Assembly (NCBI GenBank): GCA_051362555.1
Contig: CM120643.1
Span: 186,001 to 250,000 of the forward strand
Reading direction: 5' to 3'
DNA length: 64,000 bases
Origin: Lingula anatina
Taxonomy: Eukaryota > Animalia > Brachiopoda
Part shown: positions 40,101-52,100 of the stretch, in pieces
How the letters are laid out: each line of letters starts with the position of its first letter
Numbering within the stretch: the stretch's first letter is position 1
The notes under the pieces: generated by a model
Database searches by the model: none
Told to the model about the DNA's origin: nothing
What the model saw: the letters and a program-made list of their open reading frames with translations, nothing else
Made by a program: the position numbers and the translations under genes

Positions 40101-43100
40101 CTGTTAACGTAATTATGGGCTAAATGAGGCATTGACTGTCAATCCATGAAATGGTAAATTGTATTATTGCTGCTGACTCAGAAGAATTGATGTAAAATAT
40201 ATACATGTAGTTAAATCAAGTATAAACCTAAGTGGTCAATGCAAAGTTTGTGTTCGTCCTATATGACATTTTGATATAAAGGTAAGGCAGCGATTGCACA
40301 CACACTCCTCATACTGGTAGCTACTTAACTCTTTTTTTCACTCACCAAGACACGTGACATTTCCACCCGTCCACGTGGCATCGATTTTGCAAACTTTGGT
40401 GGCACTTTCACTTTCTGTTCCAAAGATGTACCCTGGGTCACAATGGAAAGTACACGTGTCGTTCACTGCAGTTTGACACGCTGCAATACTGCCGTGGTCT
40501 GGGGGATTCAGGGCAGGGCAACGGATCTCTAGAGACAATGATATTGGTATTAGGTTACATAAAAACAAACCAATTGATTAAACCCATGAAGACCATTGTG
40601 AGAAGTTGAGATTTTGGCACACAAACTACCTGCAGGTTAAGATGTGGATTGCAGAATACAAAGAGATGACTTCTATTAAGATATAAACTACATGTACAGT
40701 ACGAAACTGCTACAGAACCTCACTTTAAATAGCTTATTAAATAAATTGATTGATAACACAAAGACCACACCCACCTGAACATGGACCCCCAGCTGGACCC
40801 TCGTAACCATAGTTACAAACACATTGAGTGACATCAGTACTGGCGCCATCTAGAGTGTGAGAGTTTTCAGGGCATGGCACACAGGATATTCTGCTGTTCA
40901 CACCGGGTTTGTACTGGTTGAGCGGACAAGCTAGAAGTAGAAAAGACACATTAGCAACAATAACAGAGATGGACAATCATGATAACAGTACATGAACCTG
41001 TGCCGAATATAAATGAACAAAACATCTTATCAATTTTAATTGATTTAATTTAAATATTAAAATAATTATTTTTCTCTTATGTTTTTTTTTCCCATTTAAT
41101 ATATATAATCAATTTATATAATTTCTGAAACGTATGAAGAAATGGACAGGAATCTACCTGAACAGTTAGGTAATTTTGCAGACCACTGCCCGGATGCTGT
41201 ACACGTGATCTTATCGCTGCCTTGAAGGAAGTAGCCGGGCTGACACTGAAAGTTGACCTCGTTTCCAAACGTGTATTCACTTCCGGTTTTGACGCCATTC
41301 TGTGGAAGACCTGGGTCACCACAGTCCACAGCTGAAATGGTTTGTTGTATTGATACGCTATCAGAGTTTTTCATCATTGAGCACTATTTTGAGATTGATT
41401 ATATAAAATTGTTATTTAAATTTATTATATGCATTCTATACAAATTGTCACTTCGATTTGGAAATGTTTTCCATGCCGGGATTTAGTTATTTTAATAAAA
41501 CATATTTTTGCTGATACAATTCAAGATTTTAAACGAGATAAATTAATTTTGCATAGCAACAGAGATAAAAAAACGACTTACTTTTTCCTCTATACTTCAG
41601 ATTTACAGATCAAACGACGCACTTACATTGGCACACATTCACTTCATATTACAAATCACATGCTGTAAACCAACATTCTTTGTGACGTAAACATAATCGA
41701 TGACGTCATTGTCAACTTACGTGTGCACTGAGGTTTACTTCCTGACCACACCCCCTGTATACCCTGTGCCTCACATGTCCTCTCAGCGTCTCCCTGTAAC
41801 ATGTAGCCACTGTCACAGGTGTAGGTGACCTTTGACCCAAACCGGGTTCCTTGAGGTGTAGAAGCGGTTCCAAACTGTGGGTCTGTCAGATCAGGACAGA
41901 CAATTGCTGTGATAGAAAATGAGTTCTTAAAGAGCTAATTCGTTTATACACATATGTACAGAATGTGGATAAATCTAAGTGGCAATGGAACTATATAGGC
42001 CTATATGATGGTTAGCAGGTTTCGTGATCCTTAAATTGTTCAAGCACTTACAAATAGCTTATGAATAATAGCTCATAACGTATAAGGTAGTATTATGTGA
42101 AGTCAATAACCTCTGACTGTGATTACTCCTCAAAATAACAATAAAAAGTTCTGAAATGCAAATAAAAGTACCACTGTGCTACCCGACATAACCCAGACCA
42201 TTTATAGTTCAAAAAGCATCCAATCAAACCATTATTCAGTAAATAACCTTACGTTCACAAGTTGGCTGAGTTCCGTCCCACTGTCCTGATAGTTGACACT
42301 TTCTCTGTCTAGACCCCTGTAGGTAAAACCCACTGTTACAGCTGAATGTCATCTCTCCCCCGTACACATTCCCAGTGGGGCCACCGGAGTGACTCTGAAC
42401 CCCGTTTTCTAACCCGGGGAGGGCGCCACAGGAGATGACTAGTGGAATGAATACAAATACAGCTTTAACAAACTTAAAGCTACAATATTCTAAAGTGTTA
42501 ACTCCTTAAATCATTATTTTTCTCTGTCATTTACAATTGCATACAGAAAGAAGAGAATAGACGTTTATATGTGACAAAGATAGAAGCGGGTATTATGACA
42601 TTATAACGGAGATAAAGGTAACATTATAATAGCGGAGTGCGGTGCCATGTTGGACCTACTCTGACAGTGCGGTAAAAAAAGAAGAGAAAAGAAGTGTATA
42701 TGTGTCAAAGATAACATAGTCGTGGTTATTATTACATTTAAGCCGGGGTAGAGGTAACATTATAAAGGCGGACTGCGGTGCCGTGTTGGACCTACTCTGA
42801 CACTGAGGCAGTTCTCCACTCCATGTACCGTCAGCCTGACATGTCCTGGTGGTGTCTCCCTGAACTCTGTACCCTGTAGAACACGAGTAGGACACGGTGC
42901 CTTGGTACGTGGTGACTGTCACACTGTGATTCCCCTGGGTGGGGGTACCCGGATCTCCACAGTCAACAACTAGAACCAGTTGGAAATATGTGGTAATAAC
43001 TCTCCCAAAGCTGCCTATGTACAATGTACTTTTAGAGAAAAGTGTGGTTTGTCTCTGAATTTTTTTTTTTTTTTTTTTTTTTGTGCGAAGACAGATAAAT

Positions 43101-44193
43101 CTAGATAGTTTTTAGACTGATGTTAGTAAGGCTTCACTTTCAAAAACAATTCTTCCGATCGTTTACTTAAAAAAATGTTAAATTGGCTCAATATTGAGAA
43201 TGAGTGTGATCAAATGTCAAATACTTGAACCCTAGACATTTGAAATATAAGATGAAGATTTAATCCCAATAATAAAGATTAAAATATATCATTTTACTTA
43301 CGCTCACAAGTCGGCAATGATCCATCGAACTTGCCGTTAGTTTGGCAAGTTCGAGTGTCTGTTCCCTGCAGGCGGTAGCCGGTCTCACATCTATATGTAA
43401 CCCTCGTGCCTATGTCATGCGGGGGAGAACTGGGAGTGACGTCACCATGAGCTGGTCTGCCCGGATGTTGACAGGTGACCTCTGTTTGACAATCATAAAC
43501 ATTATAACCTGTCTAATTTGAAGTATAGATTTTGCCAACAGTCATCTCATAAACTAACACAGTTGACATTTAACATCTTATAAATTTTTATGCAGCAGGG
43601 ATTTATAAAGACAGAGATTGTCCGTAGATGTTTTACAAATTTAGAGGTAATCCTGCTTTCGGGTCTTTTTTCGGGGGCGGAGGAAAGGGGCTTTCCACAT
43701 AGTACAGTGTTGAAAAAAATGATTATCTTCTATCAACACCATACACAATATCTGTGCAATTAGCATGCACGCCAAATAAAACAGACATAAAACGGACAAT
43801 ACTTCTACACAGTACTTACTGGTCTCACAGCATTTCCCAATAAACCCGGGTGGACAGGAGCACATCGCATTCCCAGGGGTGCCACCGTTACTACAGGGTA
43901 CAGAACACCCCGGGCGTTCCAGGGAGGGTCCGTTACAGTTGTGTCCGGCGGCCCAGCCTGAACACCTCGCTGGAGGAGCTTTAGATCGCGTGCGTGTTCT
44001 GGTGCCTATATGTCAGAATACAATACTTTGAATTTACCAATACAGAGTATTTCACCCATTTTTTTCAGTTTGTACCTTGTGATATTTTGCTGTCCACTTA
44101 TGTCTTTTGCTCTGCTTGTCATATTATGCTTATTAATTTGTTTATGTTGTCATCATTTTGCCAATACATACAACGAACAATGTATAAACTCTT

Positions 44194-44230
<37 letters not shown>

Positions 44231-44994
44231 GCTACATGTAATATATTTACAAATGCAAATCATCAATGGAGTTTTGCCCATTTATATGGTCATCCATTTA
44301 GTTAAAGTGCTCACCTCCGTGTCCACACTGGACAGTATCATCTAATAATACCAACACCATTGTTAAAGTCCTCACCTCCGTGTCCACACTGGACAGAGCA
44401 CGGGGAATATGGCGTCCACTGCGACCAACAGTTGGCGGTACAGAATCTGTTCAACTCATTTCGTCTGGCCGTCTCCTTCCGGCTTTCTTTCTCTTCACTC
44501 CGTTCTTCTCCAGTTATTTTCTTAATGATACCACCCAACCAGCTCCTCTTAACCCGCCGTGGGCCGAACGCCTTGGCTGATGCCTCGTCCATGAAGATGC
44601 CGTCATTTTTGACGTCACTAAGACAATGCAATGACCAATGAGTTAGATATTATAACGGCAAGATAAGATACACAGTAACTTGTGACCAATCATGGGCGTG
44701 ATATTTGAACAAAAGCCTGCAAAAATTGAAAAATATGCAATTACATCGAGAAGCACCGAATTCGGCACATTTGTACATTGTACCATGCCAAGATGCTACC
44801 TAAAATAATCTCATTGCAATTGTTGACATACGTTTTTCTCTTTCTTCATTTTGCTTTATCTTAGTGTACAATAGCATCTACATGACTTAAATTATGGAGG
44901 TCAACAATAGCAATAAGGAGGTCAACACTTACCTCTGGTCAGCAGCTTCAATCAAAGCAAAAGCTACTAAAACTGCCCCTAAAATCCACCGCAT
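37160..44994 (-). CDS. G4: paralog of G3/G5 with the same 15-exon architecture; probable G3-5'/G5-3' chimera
   Basis: Exons: 44933-44994, 44376-44617, 43820-44005, 43302-43481, 42796-42969, 42253-42438, 41721-41906, 41158-41331, 40775-40930, 40346-40528, 39884-40030, 39536-39667, 39212-39421, 38292-38873, 37160-37413. Confidence 0.87.
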
Positions 44995-46189
44995 GGTGCT
45001 TGGGTTGAAAGTGAACTTGTTGAAGATGCAGGACCCCCATGCAAATCCTCTTACAACAAAAATATGTAGATTATTTGATAAGTAATTAGCTGATAATGTC
45101 ACTGCGGTATTTTCTTCGGGGAAGGACGGCTTTTACGAGCCAAAATTTGAGAGAAATGATTTCAAGTAAATGAGGACCAAATAGCTTGGTGTGTGTGTTA
45201 CTCAGTTCTATTTCCTTATTACTGTGACAAACAGTCACATAAATCACCCAGGGCGCTATAAATGTATTTAGACATGCAAGTCATTGTCAAAACGTCGTTT
45301 AAAGCAAAGATAAGTGAAAGTTTTATCTCGGTAGAAGAATATTCTTCTTTGGAAATAGATTTTCGTAGAATTGCACTTAAGGAGAAGTGTATTTAAAGAT
45401 TCTGATGGCTTGGATAAAAGGGCGTGAATCCGGTGAATTCGCTTGTATATCGCAAAAGAAATGACAAATGAATGAAAACTGAAACATTTGGAAGTTCCCG
45501 CTAATTATGGTTTTTTTCTTTCCGTCATGCCACGAAAGGGTACAGTAATCAAACACATAAACTGCAGATATAAATATCATGAATTTATTTATCAGCTTTG
45601 AAATTACAAGACATTCTTAGCATAGACTAAAGTCTATCTTAAAATATTAGAAAATGAAATAACAGAAATAATCAAACAATGCTGTTATTTACCAGTACGT
45701 CATTTCTAGTATCATTTATGTACAGATACTTAACGATGTAATCATGATTGCCAAAAATCACCAACAACAAAAGAAGGAAATCAGCACTTAAACATCAAAC
45801 ACAAAGTCATCCTATTATAATGAGAGTAACAGTTTTATAACGCATTATAAGCCAGGGTGTCTTCTTTAAGACATGTTTCTGCAAGGCAGCATAGACGTTC
45901 AGACGATCCTTATAAAGAATCACGTACTTTTCACGATATAAGACAATAAATGAATGCATTTATCTGTAGCTTGAGCTTAAACCTTTAACAGTTTCAGCGA
46001 GGGTTCAATTGAATACGCGTTCTAGTTTGAGGGGTTACACCGTAAGCAAAGAGGACAAATCGTGCGACCTTTACAACGTGTACACACCTGGTAAACTTGA
46101 GCAATTAAAGTACTACACATATATAACCAGCCCCATTGCGACATTTACATCTAAAATAGATCTTATTACAGCTGCAGTATTTCACACGT

Positions 46190-49100
46190 TCACTTGGATG
46201 TAAAAATGGCCGAAATGTTGCCCTGGTTTTCACTTATAGTCTTCCCAAGTTCACGGAGCTGCTTGATAAATTCAACGAAGATTTTGAATATGGGACTGCA
46301 GTCTGGAGATCCAGTAAGGGAGGCAAACCCACGCGGACATGGCAGGCAGTACGTGCGCTTGGCTTCAGTTTGGAACGTCCCTGGTGGACACTTCTGGCAG
46401 CTGGTGCCCCCTATCGGCAAATATCGACCAGCAGGACAGGGAACTGAAAGAACAATAAAACGCATTAAGATGCATGCTATATCAAGAATACAAAGAATTG
46501 CACATGTCCTTTATGTCCCAAATGAACGCCAGACTGTACATTGTTTAGACCCATGGGTCTGGTTTTACAGTTACTGGGAGATAAACACGACGTTCAGATA
46601 GTTCCTTTACACTAACTGCATGATTTGCCAGAAAAATTGAAAAACGGGATTTTTGATTAACGTATATCTAGGCTTACATCACGAACGTGTTCCTTTTCAG
46701 TTGAATTACAGCTTTGACTCACTCTCGTTTATAATTAAAACAACAGTATTCTGAATAATCCTCTCACTCATTTTCAAGCACCCGGACATAAGTATTTACC
46801 ATCTAATTTCTGATAATTCGTTAAACCCAGACCTGCTTCTATGAAATGACTATATATCTATCATCATGTTTATTTGCAATCATAATCTATTAGCATTGAA
46901 ATCACCAACTTGCTGGAGAGTGGAAAACAATTTTTTTTCAAGCGCTTTCAGAACCCGGACCTTTGTGGTCAACCTCAAACTGTTTGAATGCCAGTCAATA
47001 TGAAACATTCCCTGTGAAGCAGTTAAGGTCCGGGTATAAACTTGTGAAAATATTTGACATTTTAGACCACAAACCAAATACGTAGCCCAAAGATAAAAAA
47101 GGGCAGGGCCTGCAATTACATAAGAAGTAAACAATGTGCACTAGGCAATTGATCTTCATATCTTTTTCTTTGACGTTAAACCATAGAAATATTATTCATA
47201 TAGGTAAACAATTAAAACGTAGGCTTCAGTTCACTGAGAATAAAATCGGAGTCCAAGTGACTCCAAACTTGGAGTCCAGCAGTGGTGCCTAAAATAACTC
47301 CTAATTGGAGTCAGGTGACTCCGATGGAGTAACGCCATCCCAGACCCCACAGGAGGGTCACAATTGACTCCATTCACACATCCCTTCATCCTTTGATTTA
47401 TCTCAACAAAAGAGTAACCATGACCCCATATTAAGGGATTTTTGACTCCTTGGCTCATTATGAAAACAGCAGCAACAACAATGCCAAGCGGGTTGACAGC
47501 AGGAACCGTTTATTGAAGACCGATATGACCCCGGTAGTGTTTGAACCTACGCCCTCCCGCGCGGACACTACCCACAAGGCCATCCGGTCGCATGTGGTGT
47601 TGGAACAGCAATAACAAACAGTGTGTAAATCTAGTAATAAACAGCATATATATATATATATATATATCAATGAGTGAGCATACCTCCCCAGTGACATGCA
47701 TTGACGGGTCAAAACTACAACCTGGAAACAAAACCTGCTGACCTGTATACCAACATATCACATAAAGGGTGTGGCAACTGAAAGCCCGGGCCAGTAAGAA
47801 GTGCACGAGTTCTGCATGCAGAAACACACAGAATACCACTTGTTCATGCATAAAACCAACTATGGTCAATAAAGTAATGTTTATACAGACAAAGGATGAT
47901 GAAAACTGTTCTCTCCACGCACGTCTGCTCACTGCCACCAGACACTGTCCCCCGGTAATTTGATTCTGATTTTAGAGTCAGATCGACTCCATGAGGGCCA
48001 AGGGGTGATTGACGCTGATAAGTGAGTCTAAAGACTCTGGTAGTGGGGTAATTTGACCTTTATATAGGAGTCAAATTAATACCATGAGGGTCAAGGGGTG
48101 CTGGACTCTGACTAGTGTATGTATAAATGAGGCTGTCATATAGTTGTATAGAGTTCAATGATTATAGTATACACAGATCATGTAAAAGACGGCGGATATA
48201 CTCACCACAGGATGTCCCGCGTACTTCCATGCCATCTTCACAAGACACCGACATATTCTTGTCCATCTTGAAACTGTTTGGCACCGGATTCAGCACCAAA
48301 GTTCCAATCTTCAGCACTGGTGGTGGAATAGGCGCTTCTGTGACATTTGCCGCTGTTTCATTAATTTGAGAACCAATTGGGCTGAATATCTCCTGAACTT
48401 CTTTCTGCTGGTTGTTCATCATATTCTCCGTCTCTGTCATGTATCCTTGGGCGCATTCGTCACAGTTTTCAGAGCCATTACAATACTTGGTACAGTCTAA
48501 ATCAATTGAAGGCTTCTGTTGTGTTTTGATCTTAAATCTGAACCTCAGAATATTGCCAGACGTGTCACGTTTACGAACACCACCAAAGGAATACTGAGGA
48601 CCGCATTCAATTTGGACGTCCGAGATATTACAAACAGAGACGCCATTTTGTTTGCAGACACCCCTTTGTTCTAAAATGTCAACCAAAGCTTGCTTTGCTT
48701 CTCTACGCTGAGTAAAAGTAAGAGCCACACAGTCGTCAACAAAGTACGCTATTTCTGCCTCTAGTTCCACTCCAGGAAAGAATTGCTCTGCAATTAAATA
48801 ATCGTCACAATTATGAAAGTATTGAAGAACGAACAAAGTGAAATTAATTATTGTGGAAATATGAATTCTGTAATAAGAAACTGAGTGACAAAATAAGTTT
48901 TTTTTTCTTAAATAATATTGTCTTCATTATTTCATAATTGTATACAAAAGCAGTGCAAATAAATAAGTTGTGAGCTAACGGGAACCACAAGAAGTTGATT
49001 TTAACTAATCTTTCTTTTCGAATGTAAGTTTTTGACCAAAGGACTCAAGGCTATATCCGCACTGTAATTGTCTTAAAACACATTTCTTGTCTAATCACCA

Positions 49101-52100
49101 AAGTCACCAAAGCTCCATTCTTACCCACACATCCAGTGACCGGTGTTTTATTAATCTCGTATGACCACTGCCAGTTGGTGGCCGGTCCACACACCTCAAA
49201 GGCATTGGTTCTTTCCACGTACTCGAACCCCTTGTTACATTTCACCTGACATCTGTCTGTGTTGGTCAAGAACTCGTGATGACACACAGACCCTCCGTTC
49301 TCTGGGATACCGAATACCGAACACTGCTTCTCCACTGGAAGTAGACAAATTCACCATTATTATAATTAAATGGTTAGAATGTCTAATATGTTAAGACGAT
49401 TCCAAACAACAACTGGATTGAAAATATGATGACGGTTTAGGTTCTTACCTTCACATAACGTTGAGTCAACTGGGTGAACTCTATAACCAGGTATATAATA
49501 ATTATTAAATGTACCTTCACATAACGTTGAGTCAACTGGGTGAACTCTATAACCAGGTATATAATAATTATTCAATGTACCTTCACATAACGTTGAGTCA
49601 ACTGGGTGAACTCTATAACCAGGTATATAATAATTATTCAATGTACCTTCACATAACGTTGAGTCAACTGGGTGAACTCTATAACCAGGTATATAATAAT
49701 TATTCAATGTACCTTCACATAACGTTGAGTCAACTGGGTGAACTCTATAACCAGGTATAGTGCACAGACACCTGTAGCTTCCAGGAGTATTCTCACATGT
49801 TTGATTACAACCTGCACCATTCTCTTCTACACATTCGTCAATATCTAAAGAAAACAAAAAAGATTTAGAATTAAGAATTGAGAACCGCACGTCTTCCACA
49901 TCAAAATAAAATCCAGATACAACAGGGCATCGTTAATTTTCCATAAAATAATACAAATGATGTACCATGCAGTGTATCTTTACATGTACTTCAACAACAG
50001 ACAGTAGCAGACATCAGTGCAAACTTTTCACCAAAATAGTCAGTAAATGTCCCCGTCCACCTACCATCACAAGGTCCACCTCCAGGTCCCCTGTAGCCGC
50101 CATCACACACACAGCCGGATATTACATTACCCACAGTTCCATTGGTGTTCGTCAGTGCGGGACAGCTGTCACATGATGTGGGGTCGGATTTGTACGTATT
50201 TACCGGACATTCTGAAATGTATATGTCACATGGATATACAAGCAGTCTTAAGGAATGGTCTTTGTTACTAAAACATTGTTACTGTTAACGTAATTATGGA
50301 CTAAATGAGGCATTGACTGTCAATCCATGAAATGGTAAATTGTATTATTACTGCTGACTCAGAAGAATTGATGTAAAATATATACATGTAGTTAAATCAA
50401 ATATAAACCTAAGTTTGTGTGCAAATGTTTGTGTTCGTCCTATATGACATTTTAATATAAAGGTAAGGCAGCGATTGTACACACACCCCTCATAGTGGTA
50501 GCTGCTTAACTCTATTTTTTTCACTCACCAAGACACGTGACATTTCCACCCGTCCACGTGGCATCGATTTTGCAAACTTTGGTGGCACTTTCACTTTCTG
50601 TTCCAAAGATGTACCCTGGGTCACACTGGAAAGTACACGTGTCGTTCACTGCAGTTTGACACGCTGCAATACTGCCGTGGTCTGGGGGATTCAGGGCAGG
50701 GCAACGGATCTCTAGAGACAATGATATTGGTATTAGGTTACATAAAAACAAACCAATTGATTAAACCCATGAAGACCATTGGGAGAAGTTGAGATTTTGG
50801 CACACAAACTACCTGCAGGTTAAGATGTGGATTGCAGAATACAAAGAGATGACTTCTATTAAGATATAAACTACAGTACTACACTGCTACAGAACCTCAC
50901 TTTAAAAACCTTATTAAATAAATTGATTGATAACACAAAGACCACACCCACCTGAACATGGACCCCCAGCTGGACCCTCGTAACCATAGTTACAAACACA
51001 TTGAGTGACATCAGTACTGGCGCCATCTAGAGTGTGGGAATTTTCAGGGCATGGCACACAGGATATTCTGCTGTTCACACCGGGTTTGTACTGGTTGAGC
51101 GGACAAGCTAGAAGTAGAAAAGACACATTAGCAACAATAACAGAGATGGACAATCATGACAACAGTACATGAACCTGTGCCGGGTATAATAAATGAACAA
51201 AACATCTTATCAATTAATAATTACATTTCTCTTATATCATGTTTGATTTCCCTTTTAATATATATATAATCAATTTATATAATTGTCTGAAACGTATAAA
51301 GAAATTGGCATCAATCTACCTGAACAGTTAGGTAATTTTGCAGACCACTGCCCGGATGCTGTACACGTGATCTTATCGCTGCCTTGAAGGAAGTAGCCGG
51401 GCTGACACTGAAAGTTGACCTCGTTTCCAAACGTGTAATCACTTCCGGTCTTGACACCATTCTGGGGAAGACCTGGGTCACCACAGTCCACAGCTGAAAT
51501 AAAGCAGGTTTGTTCTGAATGGCTTCAATGAAAACTTAGAATATTTTATCCGTAAATTTCATAGTATTCTATATGGTCATTTTAATTTATATTAGATTGC
51601 AAATATTATTTATTTGCGCCTTATCTTATTATTTATGTAGGCCAATTTATTTTTCAGTTATTTCAGATATGAAACCAATATAAAAGAGAGATCAATCGCC
51701 TCAAATAACATATTTGCACACACTTACTTTAAATTACAAGTCAAATGATATTGACCAACATTCTTTGTGACGTAAACATAATCGATGACGTCATTGTCAA
51801 CTTACGTGTGCACTGAGGTTTACTTCCTGACCACACCCCCTGTATACCCTGTGCCTCACATGTCCTCTCAGCGTCTCCCTGTAACATGTAGCCACTGTCA
51901 CAGGTGTAGGTGACCTTTGACCCAAACCGGGTTCCTTGAGGTGTAGAGGCGGTTCCAAACTGTGGGTCTGTCAGATCAGGACAGACGATAGCTGATATAA
52001 GGAAAAGATCTTATTGCAATCACTGTTACATAAAAAATATCAAAGCAGTTTTCTTTAAGAACATTTTTATAATAATAATAATAATAAATAATAAATTTAT

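Noticed and set aside
47231-47963. ORFs inside the CACT insertion as a transposase
   Set aside because: Short, with no DDE or other transposase motifs
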